Assembly (NCBI GenBank): GCA_002633005.1
Contig: NMRA01000130.1
Span: 742,082 to 806,081, forward strand
Direction: 5' to 3'
DNA: 64,000 nucleotides
Source of the DNA: Phoronis australis
Taxonomy: Eukaryota > Animalia > Phoronida
Shown: positions 40,701 to 55,700 of the stretch, piece after piece
Numbering within the stretch: the first letter of the stretch is position 1
Layout: the number at the start of each line of letters is the position of its first letter
The notes under the pieces: model-generated
What the model was told of the DNA's origin: nothing
Seen by the model: only the letters and a program-made list of their open reading frames with translations
The model's database searches: none
Program-made: the position numbers and the translations under genes

Positions 40701-43700
40701 AATGACAACTTATGACAGGGGAAGGGGGTTGGACGATATATGTAGTTCATTAGGCTTACCTTAGAAGCGTGTATGCAAAGGACAACTCCACTCCATCACT
40801 GCCAATCACTGACGATCATCACAGTGACGTAGCGTGTTAGGGCGTGATCAGGACGTCCAGGGATAGACGCAGTCATGTTTTACAAGGGATAGGATTTACA
40901 TTGATTTTTCTTTACTTCATTAAATATGCCAGAGTGTTTTTGCTTTGCTGTAGTATTATTGTTAAATCTCAAGTTTTGCTCTCCAGATTGCCGATTCAGT
41001 GGAGACTGGCCACAAAACAATAGAAATCAGTAGTGGTTTAACTTAATTTTACACTGAAAAGCAACGCAGGGGTTTAAAATGCACCAAATATTTGACCTCA
41101 AACGCCGGTGTGCTTCAAAGGTTTTTCATATCGTATAATGGCCATTACATGGTGCAAAACACAAACTTGGAAATGCGTCGTCTCATTATCACAAAACCAT
41201 TCAGCAAAATTTGTGACTAATACTTAAGGGACTCCAGAGATACGAAGGCAAACACATGCACCAAAATTGCTACAAGAGGGCCTTCCAAAAAGTCGTGGAC
41301 AGTCCTTGACACATTTATTAGACCTACAGCCATGGTTGCAACAAATACAAAATCACCACAAGGGGCCGTCACAGTTGCCAGACCCGTCTGAAAATTAGAT
41401 TAATCCAAGGTCTTTTCATCAGGAACACAACTTCAAAGTTTAATTATGATCATATGAGAAGGGATTGAGAATAATAAAAATGACCAGCATTTGACATATT
41501 GGTCTGAAACTTGTCGTCGTTTGTTGTTATCTCCTTAGCAACACATGTCAAATTTCAAAAAGATCCTCCAAAGAGTTAAGGAGACACGTAAAAAATGAAA
41601 CTAGGGGACGCCAGAGCAGTAAAAGCCGTCAGAAAGCCAACATCAGTTGCGGCCTTTTCGTCAGGAACAATCCCTTGAAATATTTAGCGGATAAAGAAGG
41701 TAACAACAAAAACGTAATAAAAATGAAACTGACCGTCATGTGGAGCAGAATACATTAAGTCCATCCGAAATTTGGAAGGCGTCAAAATACGGGTACGTTA
41801 TATCCGACCATTAACTCATTGCCTCTTTAATAGATACGGAATCTTCAACGAACTGTCGCTTCTACCAAAACAAGTGGGGTTTGGCTGTGATGGCGTATTT
41901 AGAGGCTTGACAAAGGAGGGGGGGGAGTTATATCATGATGACGGGTGAGGATAGATAAGGAGGGGCAAACTTTGAATGGCGTAATTTGTGTACGTTCCCA
42001 TATTTTTCTTGCGTATGTCAAGAGTCTTACCTATGGCGTATTGGTAGTGCTCTATTCCGCTTTGATATTCTTCATCAAAGAATGTGTCAGAAGTCCACGA
42101 TACGGTCAGTGGATCAGTAACTTTCAAGCCAACGTCCACAATAAGTTGCCCTGACATCCTTGGCGGCGTTTCATCAACAAATATAGGTCCAAATGACAGC
42201 TTCGTGGTTTTTCTACCTTTAGTAATGGCTGTTATCAAAATGTTTAGCTGTTCACCTTGGTCAATTCCGGACCTGAGAACATTGTAGAACCGCGCGCCGT
42301 AAGTGGATTCTTGTGACGGTTGGATAGTATCTACTCCCACTAAGTAATCGTGAATGGGTGTGTTTTGGTTTGAATTCCATCGAAGCCGAATGTGATCGGT
42401 GGTTATGAACTTTGGCAGCGACAAATCAAACAATGGCGTGTCTTCGCAGATTTTAAGACTCCTGCCACGGTCGTAGAAAACTGTGGTGCCATTGGCGTCT
42501 TCGAGTTTTGGAATGAGAAGTACGTCAACATCTTTAGGTGTAGAACACTTTGCCTTGCAGGGATCTACGTTGCTTAGAGATACTCTGGTGAAGTTGCTAA
42601 GAATATACCAAAATGCACCATTGTCGCAAACAATACCGCTGTGGACAAATAAACCATGCAAATAGATGTCTGTGAACTGTGGCGCTGTATTATCCACCAA
42701 AACTCCATTTGAGCACACCACCTCGGACGGCTCATTGGCTCCGTTATAAGCCACGACACTCAAATAATACTTGCCATCTTTACTCACTACACCACTTCCA
42801 CTTGTGACAGTTGTAATAGTAGAACTGTTTATCAGTTCTTCTTGAGTGAGACACGATTGAGCAAAGGCATATTTGTAAAATTGTATGTCACTCTCATGAT
42901 CCACGAAGCCATGCCATGTTCCCTTTAAATCCCAATCTTGTTGGAACTCAACGTCCTGTGAAGAGTCACCGTCCAAAACCACACCTACTGTAGGGGGAGA
43001 GGTGTCAATCAGAATTGTGACACTGACAGGATCGTTGGTAAGCTTGGCGTTGTTTGTTGCGGTTAATGTGAAATAGTATTCTCGGTTGTGGTTTGCCTGG
43101 TGCTTGTTGACCGCAACTAAGTGGTTAAGATTGATACAGTACAGGAAGGTTTCACAGTAGGAACCTGTGACGCTCGCTAACGGACAATAACTGTTCGGAG
43201 CGGCATTGGGCACCTACAAAATATAACAAAATAAAAACAAACCACAGATAAACTTCATACTTGCAGTTTTTAAATGCTCCTGACGTCATTCCAAAACTTG
43301 AGATTAAAGATTCTCATCCACTCTTCCACAGGTACCGGGATTTTTACGTAGATACGCCCATTCCATGACACACCCATGGGCGTTTATTCAGAAAATCAAG
43401 CCGAATAAACGCCCACGGCCGTTTAGTTGGTGTTGCAATTTCTGGTGTCAAGTGTCCAGACAGTGGGGGGCACTTAGTAGAAACGTTTCGGATTGTTTTA
43501 AAACCCTTTAATCCACTCGATCCCAGACCCCACGACTCCCTAGACATCCTCGACCCACGACATACAACCCCCGCGACCTACGACCTGCTTCAATAGACGT
43601 ATCTTGGCGCTTTTTACACATTTCATAATCTTATGTTGCTGAGAGCTTTGCGTCGATGTGGGTAAACAACTGACCAAATAAAATGTGACACAAAATTAGT

Positions 43701-46700
43701 GTCATTAAAAATTACGCTCATTCTTGGGTACACTACATTATTTACCGCCGGGTATTGTGAAAATTGCCGTTCTACCGTTATTCGGCTGCTAAATTTGCGT
43801 AGGTTTTTGGCGTCATTATATGCCCAGCTTCTTTTCCCTTATGATTCTTAATTAAATTTTCTTCTCTTCTACGAGTTTACGCACATGTAACAACAAATTA
43901 TAGGGACTTATTATATGTTTCATTTCGTTACAAGTTTTTAATATTTTAATAAGAGAAAGCCGTTGTGTCACGAGCGCACTGTTTTTAAAACGACTACGTA
44001 CTTGCCTTTCTTATCATAGAATATAGACAGCAGATTCGCAACTCCAACATTTTCTTGAGTACTATCCTAGAGGAGGCACCACTCTCCTAAATTACCAATT
44101 TTAGTTTCCGGTTAGTGTACTTAGACGGGAAATTTTCGCATCTATTTTACTGTCCAGCACAACGAAACAAAAACAATTTCGGCATTGAAACGTTATTCAA
44201 AGTCTTCCAATAACAGAACTGTCATACTGTTACAAAATGCAGAGATTTATGCAAGAAAATGACGCTTATTAGATTATTTTTACTTAAGCGAATATAACGG
44301 GCAAGTTGAGTTTCGGTTGACTCCCGGATTTTGCATGCACCCCCGCCGGTTGTTAGCTTTATATGTTGATATAAGTTTCACGGAGAGGTGACATGCAGAC
44401 TTATCCTGGCAGGGTGAAATTTTGGGGTCTAACGGAGCTCAGCACACACTGTATCCAGCCAGCTAGTATGAAGACTAGGTACAGTACCATTGTTTGTTGA
44501 GCTCCGACAAATCTCGAAATTGCATGCAGCCTGGGTATTTCTGATGGTCACCTCGCCGTGAAACTTGTATCAACATGTAGAGCTATAGACCGGCGGGTGT
44601 GCATGCAAAATGTGGTAGGCAACTGACACTGGTGTTTCAGAAGGCACCCAATGAGCACTACGCTCCCCATGCACTGTTTAAGAGCTCACGAAGTGCGTCA
44701 AGCTTGAACTTCTTGCAAGGTACTTGTACTGTAGTTTATCGACCCCTTTTCTTTCTATTTTGTACTTTCATATAAACTTTGTAAATATGTTGCTAAAGCT
44801 TTTAACACATTTTCCGGGTCTATCCCAAGATGCACCGTGGCACCAGAGGGTGCGGCTTTCAAAATGTCGGATCTGCATATTAGCTATTTAGGCCAACTTG
44901 TTGTGACACTTTGGACAAACTCTGACAATTTGGTACTGCTTTGCTGATTTTGCAGTTATACACCACAAGTGTATTGACCATATCAAATAATTACTTCTCC
45001 TAACTTAATCAAGTTTTACTTTTAAGGAGACGCAAAGGGAACTCCCATCGTGCTTCGATCCATGGATCTTTATGATAGCTGATGACTGCCATACGGCTGA
45101 GCCACCGAAAGCAATTGTCTTTTAAGTCTTTCTGTGTCATTTGGATTCTTTGGCCATGATTATTTTTAAGTAACCATGAAATAGTCAATCGTTTGACCCC
45201 AGAGAAAGCAATCCTTTCCAACCCGATATTACACAAACGGTGTGATTTTAAAAGCTAAAATGTTCATTGGTTTTTACTGTATATCATTTCCTGAAGAAAA
45301 AATTTAATGCACCCCTTATTACACAGAGTGGTATAAGGTTTAAGCTGCCTAATGCTATTTACCCGTATGTCACTGGTCACCAACAGTACAGGCAGGAAAG
45401 CAAGTTTGGTGCAAGAAGATCAATCTCGAGAAATGTCAGGTAGTCGACCGCAACCTCATAACCTGATAATATTATTAGCCCAGGAGATTTATAATCTACT
45501 GTCTTTACCTGGATGGATCATCAAATCAAACCCATCTTTAATTACATGTAGATAATGCAATCCTTTCATGAGTTTCGCATACGGTCAAAAATAGATTTGT
45601 TTTTACATCCTAAAACTGAAAGTGGAAAATGAAATATATGTATCATTCAATAAATGAGAATTTACCTTTACAACTGGAACTGAGCCTTGACTTATTTCGA
45701 CTCCAAATTTCGATGAACCAAGTTTCCACTTTACTTCACGAAGGCCACTATGGCTATCCATGGCTTTAAATTCGAAGGTCATCTCCGACAGGTCCGAGTC
45801 ACCGTGGACAAATAACATCTTCTTGCCATTATTAACAACACCTGCATCAGAAATGATTGGAGGCGAGGAATCAACGCTGACCGTCGTGTTGTCCACAAGC
45901 GTGTTTCCCATGATATCCTTAGCCTGCACCCATATTCTATATTGCCGACCATCCTGCATACTCGGCGTGATACTTAGTGATGTTGACAGTTGTGGAGTGA
46001 CAGGGGACAGCGATGGAATCGCTTGGCTATCAAATAAATCAATACCATATTTGAATTCTGTTATGCCGTCAACATTTGGCGTGCCTGACACTGGGATATC
46101 GCCTGTAGTTTGGTCGTAAAATCCTGAGACTAAATTGTCAGACTGAATACGACGCAGCATGTTGTTATGAACGTGGAAGTCGTTGTGGAAATGTCGGACC
46201 CATTGTATTGTTACTCTGCTAAGGTTCGTTTGCCAAAGATAATTCGTATTAGCAGCGGCAGACGTCACCCTTAATGGATGCGAAGTACTGACGACAACTT
46301 TTGACGTTGGGTCGTGAAGCACGAACCGCCTGGCTTTTCTTTCATTGTGGGCTATGTCTTTTACCTCTGCAATAACTGCAAACAAACCCTGCCCAGGTAA
46401 GGTGAACTGCGTCGATCCTTCACCGTTGGAAACTTTCTTACTCACACCAATTTTGCTACCAACTGCAATGAGGGTGGCTGATTTTTCGACCATTGTATAA
46501 AGACCGAACTCCAAATGCTCCACGCCAGACGCAGAATCGCGAAACCCGGATGTGGCTACAGGGTCCGTCCAACCACCATAACTTACTGTAACGGTAGACG
46601 CTTTAGTGATTCTATCTACAATACCGAATGGGTCTGCTCGGTAAGGAGCAGATGCAGAACAGCTTGATGTTTGGGAACAGTGGACAGGTGGAGCGCTGTC

Positions 46701-49700
46701 ATAACGCATGCAAACCGTCTTAGAGTTGAGAACCTGAGAGTAGTAATAAGGTCCTGAGATGGCGTTGCTCACGAGGTTCTTGGTTCTGTAATAACCGCCA
46801 CCCCTTGCTTCATATCGCATGCAAATTCTGAAATAAATTGTTATTACTTAGCAGAAGCAAGTATACATCTAAACACCCTATGCCGTACATATCAGCTTAT
46901 GATAGGTTAATAGGAATTGCTACCGAACTCGTGCAACTCGGGCTGTGTTGACATTTGCAAAACTATACAACTTGAGGCAGTATGTTCTCTTCTTGATGAA
47001 AACAAAAGTGGAATCAAAATGATAAATATTTTTGTTTGTAAGCCAATGATATCAAACATAGTATTTCAATACGGAGATTATCAAACATTAATAATCAATG
47101 TTGGATGGAAGCTTTGAGACCCTCGTCCTTTTATTTTCAAGATCAAAATAAAAATATCAATTAGAGTGTCTTATTTTGCGCATTGGGTATAATGGCCAGT
47201 TAACAGGTTGGGTAAAATATACTTTTACAAGGAATGGCTTAAAGAAGGGGTTCATTTATTGAGTAATTGTATTTCTCAAATCACTATATACATGTACTAC
47301 AGATTGATTATAGTGTAAACACTTAAAATTTTGAAGCGAACGTAGCAAACTGAATGTTTTTCCTAATGGTAAAATATTAATGTGCATCGATTTCGCTACC
47401 TTTTTAGGGAAACTAGACATAATAGAGAAATTAATTAAGATTAAATAAAATTTTAAACCAGGATATGTCTATTCTCTTATTTACTCCATTGGAATTTGGA
47501 ATGTTAAATATAATCCAATTTACATGTACATATTCTATCATGAAGCTGATACGCGTCAAAGAAGTCGATGCAAGTAAGCTGAGTAAGCAGTAGTATTGTG
47601 CTGGTCCTCATGTTAACATCTTTTGCTACAAGACAAAGATTTGTGGCGTTGTTAGATAAGAGAAACTCCCACCTGACAATTCCTATGCTGTTATGAAAAT
47701 ATTTGGTTATAGTAAACGCAGTGAAAAGAAAGCATGTTTAGTGATTGACTTTAGTACTGCATTACTACAACAATGAACAAAAACGTGGCTTGTAAAATTA
47801 AAGAATTTTTGGTTTTAATGAAAACCGGGGGCAGTTTGTAAATTAATTATTAAATGATGAGAATGAAATCAATGTGATTATGTGCGTAAATGTGTGGGTC
47901 ACATCTGACATTTCGATTGTGTTCGATTATTTGCAATTCAAAATGTTTAGTTTTCTTTAAATGATACAAGAAACGAAGTACAAGACTATTATCGAATGCA
48001 AAAAAAGTGGAGTTAGGTTGTTCATTGTCGCAGTTCCGTTTATGTGTAAAAAAGGTGCTCTATCCCGCACACATATTCGTATTCCCTGCAGTTGAGGCTG
48101 TGGTTCATTATTGTTTCTATCGAAACTGTCGAAGTTTTTGGACGTGCTCTGCTCCCCGTTTTCGCCACCGAGATACAGTTTCCTTAGGTTTATTTGTGTT
48201 CCGCATTGTGACTGCACTTAGCGGCACGACTATGTATTTTCAGTGATTAAGTATACTTCGGGGACTCACTTGTATCCGTTCTGCAAGACAACATTTTTCA
48301 AATTCCTGTCACTTGTACACGTGATTGGTGATGCTTGTATGCTGTTGTAGGTGGTACCATAACTGTGAGTACATCCGGCTAGTGCCGTCAATGTTCCAGT
48401 ATTTACAGCTGAAACAAGTTGATACAGAATAACATGTAAGACGTCCATAACCAATCTTCCTCGATAACAGGTTGCCTCCCCCTCTTCCTCCCTACCTCCC
48501 TCCCTCTCTCTCTCCCTCCCTCCCTCCCTCTCTCCTTCCCTCCCTCCCTACCTCCCTNAAGCCCCAAATTCAAGCCAAAAACGTCCCCGTAATTTTACGT
48601 GTCATAATACATCTTCAATCGGAATTGGTGAGACTACTAAATGCTACCAACTCGGATTCCCTGCCCTTCTTGTTTCTTACCAACATCGTTGCCTAGAGAC
48701 CTCGCTTGATGAGATATTCGGGAATAGTGTTCTCCTCTTAGAAAGAACAGTGAAATGAGCAAAGATCGCACTAAGACAGACTGGACGCTCTTAAAGGAAT
48801 CCTGCATTCCCATTGCCCTATCTTTACAGCTAGTAAAATATTTAATTGTCAAGACATCGAAAAAGACATCGTAGTTGGTCGCACAGCCACCAGAAACTGG
48901 ACTACCGGTCGTGTTTTAACGAAGGATTTTGAAACGGCCCCAAAGGCACTATACGAGAGACCTCGGGATCTCACCTCTTCAAAAAAGTCTTTCAAAGAAT
49001 GACCATAACAAAATAAAGTTTTCCCGAAATTGGATCACAATAAAACGAATCTTAACATTAGAGCCTGCACAGACGGATAGGTACGAGCTAAGCAGCCTGT
49101 CTCCAGTGAATCATAGCTGAGCTGACCAGCAACTAGCTTTAGTTCATCGAGGATTTTGTATTTTCACACTGTTAGGTCTCAGCAACAGTTACTTGAGGCA
49201 ACTCCTCGCTATCCATCACTGCACTAGTCCTAGGCCCATTCTTACTCTCCGTGAAACTTTGTTGGTTCACGGTTACTCAACTCTTGATGACTGCATCCCC
49301 GGGATTGCCACCAACCTAGAGCGGACGTGGGAGATTCGATATGCATGTGGTGGCATCGGGAGATCGTGCGGCGGGATGCCGAGGTGCTGGCAATGGAGGG
49401 GTTAGTTTGGCAAAGTCGAAATGGTTTGTGTCCCCCAATATTTTTTGCCTTCCTACGGGCCTGTTTTTAAGACATTATTGGCGAACTTTCGCATTCCATG
49501 CCGCTCTAAACAGAGCTTAGAGACAGTTCTCCACTTGATACATTGGCATACTGCATGATACGGGCGTTTTGTTTAGATCTTTCTAATGGAATGTTGTTTG
49601 TTACTTGAAAATTAAAACACAAACCATTCTGCCTATAGGTTATGATCTGTGTGTACGCAGCCACAATACCAAAGTGATAGGCTGAGATCCAGCTAGGCGT

Positions 49701-52700
49701 GGATGGCAAACTGTCAACTTTGAACTGGAACGTAAAAGTGTAACGGAAACGGGTGGGTGAGAATTTGCTGTAGTACTCCTGCTGATTTCTACATGTAGTT
49801 GCTTGCCCAGCTGTCTTCGAGTCCGCATAATCGCCGCCGGAACTCACGGCTCTTGTGGTGCAAGTGAGCAAATTAGGCGTGATTGAATGCACTACAAAAA
49901 GGAAAGCAAAATAAACAACATTGTCCTTATTGCAACTCGAACTTAACTCTTTCTTTTTGAGGTTTCAGTTACATAATACGAAATGAACACCATGCAGTCT
50001 AAGTAAATAAGCACTTCTTATGCCAAACGGTCACGCTTTTTTAATTCTAACGAATAGTTAGTTATGTCCAGTACTGTAGTGGCAAAAGTAGATGTAAGTA
50101 GGCGTCCAAAGCCCACCGTATCACATTGAGCACTGAACGTAACTTACAGTGCGTAGGCGCTACGTTCAAATGCCAAAAGGGGTTTGGCCGCGCCTACGTG
50201 CGCCTACACCCCACTACAGCACTGGTTATTTCTAAGTTTCCCGCCAAATGAGTTAATGAGTGTAAGACGTTTGGTCACTTGACAATCAATCGCAAAGGCG
50301 GAACACAGATGATTAAAAGACGAGGACGATTTTTAGTGAGAACTGGACAATTATTGTGAAGACAGAGAAAATTAAATACGGGCATCATACTCAAGTACTT
50401 AAAGAATTAGATAATGAGTTCGATTTTCCACTTAGCGAAATTTCGCCGGCGTTAAGGCCGCATGAACTCGACCCACTTGCACGGAAATGCTGCAGACATA
50501 CGTATGCTGTATGTGAACCACAACCAACTGAACCAAGAGTTGGTTAATTTTAAACAATTAGACATTTAATGATCACTGAAAAAGGCCACAGTAAACCTGG
50601 GTCACTCGTATTCACCACTACTACGATGGAAGAAGCACGGTCTAAATACAACGCAAAAGCCTACGTGCCGTAGCACTCGATCTGGGCCGGGGTCGAGAGC
50701 ATCAATCGCCCTAGAATGGAAGCAGTTTGCTCGTTATTTATAAAAATTCTCCAATATACTTGGAAGGTGGCGAGTCTTTCATCGTAACGCCGCTTTTGTG
50801 TTTGGTCGAAACACTATTCCTTAAATTGTGCTGAGCTATGTGGCTCTCAATCCCATGTTCCACACGGTTGACATTCCACTCTCTCCTGCAGCGCACAAAC
50901 CGATGGTATTTCAGTGCAACTTTCACATATTTAGGAACTTTAAACACATGAACGTTCTCAGTCAAGTTGTTATTATTACAGCCTCCACAAACGCATCTTT
51001 TCGTGTTTGAAAAAGGCGGATCTCCACGGACTTTCCTCACAACTCCTCAACATCGCACTGGAAAAAAACAACGGCGGAGACGTTCTTCCACCCATTACGT
51101 ACAACCTCGATAACAGAAAACTATATTTTTAAAAAAAATTTGTGGCTCGATCGTTTTTCATCAACAGGTATACCGATTAAAGTCTGTTGAATCTCTTAAG
51201 ATGTATTAATAAAATTCTCTTTGAGACACAGAGTCATGGTTGGAACTATTTAAAAATGTTATAACAGACGGTGCTTTTAACACGTGCTTGGATCGGCTTG
51301 TCATTTAGGAAGTGCCTGGATCGGCTTGCCATTTAGCATGTGAGTGGATCGGCTTGCCATTAAGCAGAGTTCTAAAGGCACACAGGTTCAAAAACAACCT
51401 CATGGAGGCAAATCCTTACAAATTTCACTGTTATCTTGACAAACCAGTTTAACGCTAATAACGAGATAGATGTATGAGGTCTTTCAAATCGGAGCATCAT
51501 GTAATGTTTCTAAGTGTTGTAATTGACCACAGCTTCACTTAGTGTACAAGTCTGAGAAGTTTGTACCAAAGCGGTGGATCATTTGAGTGTCCTGTAGAAA
51601 TTTTCTGGCGTCCTTGATTATGTTGCTAGACGCAGCAGTTTTAACAGGCTTGCCGGTGTCATTTTAACAACTGTTACAGTAATAGGCCTACTCTTTGGCA
51701 TTTCCGTGGTGCAATGCGTGCAACCTAGCATAAACGATTGCATTGCAGATCCCTTAATTTGGTGTTCCAGAATGTTATTAGCTACTGTGACTTGTTTTGT
51801 TATTGCGACCGAATGTTCCCAAGCGAGGGAACGGGTGATTTTCGTAGAGGTTTTCAGAACCGTGCACAGGCTGTCCCATGAGGTTTTCATGCGGGTCGTC
51901 CTTGAGGTCAGAACTTCCCGTCTGACCTGAGGTCTGGTGGCACAATCTTTTAGCACCATGTGTGCACCACCAGGTACGCGCTTAAGTTAAGGATTACGCG
52001 CCAGGGTTCTACGAGACGTTTTCGAGAGCGGTGAGGAAGGCAGAGCTGATTCGTGCTTTCAGACATAGCCTGTCGGTTTGACCATAAAGTCGGATTGCGC
52101 CTGCAGTTGCTGCCGGCAAGTGTTACAGTGTATAGTGTGTGTTGTGTCGGTAGAAGGCCTATTCATTGTTTTATTATTAATCATAATTTGTTTAGAGCAC
52201 CCATGGAAAGCAGTGTGAACTGATGGGGCTACCCTCGTTGTAAATATTACATTAATAATAAATAAATAAGTGACTTATTTTGTCAATGACGATAGCCCCC
52301 GGCAAGTGTTTCCCCGTTTTAAAGCAGTCAATAAATAGTTGTTTCAATTTGTCTATCAAGTACATTTTTAATTGTATGCTGAAACATTTCCTTCCAATCA
52401 ACACGCAAATCCTGCAACATGTTGTCGACTCTGCAGTGTAGCCCAAGAGTGAAAACTACTAATCAGCTGTATATAACTCAACGGCATCTTCAAATAAAGT
52501 ACTTACAATCACAGTTGCTTCCTCCTACTTGTCGGAATCCTGTTGAACAACTGCAAGACGATTGCAAACCTCTGTCGCTGCACGTGCCCGGCCAGCACCG
52601 TGAGGGGGTAAGCCAAGAGCACTTCGCTTAAAGAACAAGTCAAAGTCAGATTACGCAACTGCGGCCAAAGTGATATTCTACGAAACCATAGACATGACTT

Positions 52701-55700
52701 GATGGCACTGCCAGATAACTAGAGTAGGACAAGGAACTGATAGTTTGGATTGATTCTATGGCTTGCTAAAACAAACCGCCTCAGGGTTAGGATTTTCTTA
52801 TTTTTACACGAAATCGATTTCTTAATTATTTTTTGGCAGTTTACATTCTATCTTTTTGTAAACTCTAATATTATGTAATCGAATGAATCATGGTTTATGC
52901 GCCTGAGTGTCTAGTCAAAGTATATCCTTGGACAGCTCTACACGTACATGTATATTCAAGGTATAAAACGCGAGTAAAAACTCGAGATTTCGAGTAAACT
53001 TGAACTTTTATCAGGCTGGTTTCTTCCGTGTCCACTAGGGGGTAGATGATACGAAAATATCATTTAAATTTTATCGCAATTTTTCTTCACCGGCATTTCT
53101 GATTGGTCGAATTGTCAACAGGCAGCGCTTTACCCAATAAAACAGGCCTGAGTGATGGAGGAATTGTAAATGTGGATATACATGAAGTTTGTGGCCTGTT
53201 ATACAGGTAAATCGATGCTTAACTGAAAGATGTTCAAGAAACGCGAATAGAGAGGTTGTAGTTGGCCTTTATTTACGTTGCTGCCCTGCATTCGCACAGT
53301 ATTAATAACATCAGTGCAGAAACTAAATATTTGCACGAGAGAGAAAACTTGGTTCGCAAAGATGTTGAAAAGGCTAAAAATCGTTCACAGTCCGGCCTTT
53401 TTTCTTTGCTGTAAAGCTAACTAAGGACTGCCGAGGTTGCATCAACCAGTCATAAAACGAGTGCTGCTGAATGGTACCTAGGTGTCCTTTACCTCCTAGC
53501 GGACACGCAGAGAACCAACAAGGAACTTTTATTTGCCTGATAGGGTCATTAAGTGAATTCTAGGATTAAACACTTATCAACTTATACATAGAATAAAAGA
53601 AACTTATATTGAGTTCGCACACAAGTAGACTAGAAAATGCTCAAAATATCAGCGGAAACTGTGTTGTTACATATGTGACAAATGGTCTGCAAGTTCCTTT
53701 GAAACTGAAATTTACTTACGCAAACACTGATTTTCTGTCAGGAGATAAGCGCCACCTGATGGCGAGTGTAGCTTGCATTCTTTACACACTTTGTTCGAGG
53801 GTCCGGCGGAGCACGTCATCTTAGCACAGTTGGCAATATGGGCCACAGGACAAGCTATGAGAAACAAATTTTCACCCACTATTAAAAAAACTTGCTCTCA
53901 GTCACCTACGCCGTCATCAAAACCGTCATCGTCATGTCGCCATCTCTTTCATAATCGTTACTAAAATGTAACTAAGTGTACTTACGTAACAGTTTTTTCA
54001 AGCTCATTTTTACGCACAGCGACTGCCTTGTCCGAATGAAAGTTACAGATACACGACTTGAAATGCTACTATTTCATCATTTCAGAAAATAACAATGACA
54101 ATGGCAGTGATTATGAAGACGATGATGGCAATGACAACGATAAAATAAAACTGGTGATTCTGATGATAATAATGACAATGATGATCGTGACGATGATGAC
54201 GACGAAGACGACAACGACGATGGTGACGGTGACGATGATTGTATTGGTAATAGTAAAGATAACGATGATAATCATGACTATAATAACAGTAACAATAACA
54301 ACAATAACAATGATAAAATACGGAATTAGTCGAAAGGTGTAGATGTGCCGTATCATTGTTGTTTACATCTTTAATTAAGCAGATATTTTGTCAACTTGTG
54401 TCAGTGACATTAAAAACCTACCGTTACATCTGGGCGAGTAGTAGCTTATTCGACAAGTGCAGAAGTTGGGACTCGTACACGTTCCGCCGTTAGGACAATT
54501 GAAGGAACCGAAGCACAATGCTAGAAACAAAATGCAAGTCAATCGTCACAATTTCCTGATAAGTGAACATCTGAGGTGAATTTAGCTGCAGATTTCTCTG
54601 ACGGAGACAAGCGAATTTTTTTATTGGAACTGTCTGATTGCTACCTCGGTACCACATTGCAACTAGCACGAGTCCACCGCTGAGCAATCTGAACAACAAG
54701 GCCGCCCCGGAATACAAGGGTAGAACTCTTTGTACCGGAGATAAGAAAGCGCGTGACCTCCTCAGGCACAATTTTGTCGGGAAGGAAAAGAACTTTGCTT
54801 CGCACATCCACGGGTACTTGACCAGTCAATCGAACTTTCTCACGTCGGAGTTGCAGCCCACAGCACAGCAGTAATACTTCGTTAGCATTGGAAGGACTAG
54901 TTGTAATGCAACCGAGAAAAACTTGTAAAGAATCAGACAACAACAATTAACATGCGAAACTCCAATGGCACGAAGACGAGGCAGCCTGGTGAATGTTTAC
55001 GGCAATGTGGGTGAATACAGCGACTGAGTCGAGTGTCGCTATGTAATCCGCCGTAACAGCCCTATTATCTCTGACAAAGCAGCGTAGGAATAGTCAAACA
55101 TATATTAGCATACATCAATTAGGTAATAAAGGTTACGCTGGTCTTAATGTTCTGATGGATATCTTACGCGCTGAAAAACAAAGTACAAGACTCACGTGCA
55201 CAGTATCCCCGACCATTATCTTTGTATCCCGAACAGCATTTATTTCTCGGAGCCTGTCTATAGGCTGTTCTATGCTTGGTCCTGAAATGTTCAATTTCTG
55301 TTTTAAGGATCAGCAACGAAAAGAATAATATGACAAATTTTGGAGTTTTTAACTGTCATTCCACGAGAGCACCAAACAGACGGTTCTAGGGTAACCGATT
55401 CGGATCTTGGAAAAATTGAAATTCATGCATACTGGTGAGATATGTTCAAAAAATTTTTAATTGAAAATTTTCGAGCCCATATTTTTTCCTTTAAAGCATC
55501 ATGGAAATTTTGATCCAAATAGCCCATTTTGGTTAAAAATTATTCAGTTAGTGAAGTTGTTTAAAACTGCTTAAAAGAATAGGAAAGAAAAAAATCTCTA
55601 CGATGTTTATGTAGATATTAAACCTCTCTTTCAGAGGACTGTCTTTGCATATTTAAAGGATTTTCCGTGACCTTCACTGAAGTGTCAAAATGTTCCCAAT

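Noticed and set aside
40760-40880. Possible extra exon with a strong donor (AG|gtaagc) and SDGV motif
   Set aside because: No polypyrimidine acceptor, stops upstream in frame, and the flanking exons 42031 and 39987 already join in phase.
47105-47145. Minus-strand TTGAAAA...AAAGCTT hammerhead-like variant
   Set aside because: No stem II and the GAAA box is incomplete.
54058-54356. Hydrophobic Ile/Thr/Met-rich ORFs resembling membrane proteins
   Set aside because: Translations of a trinucleotide microsatellite.
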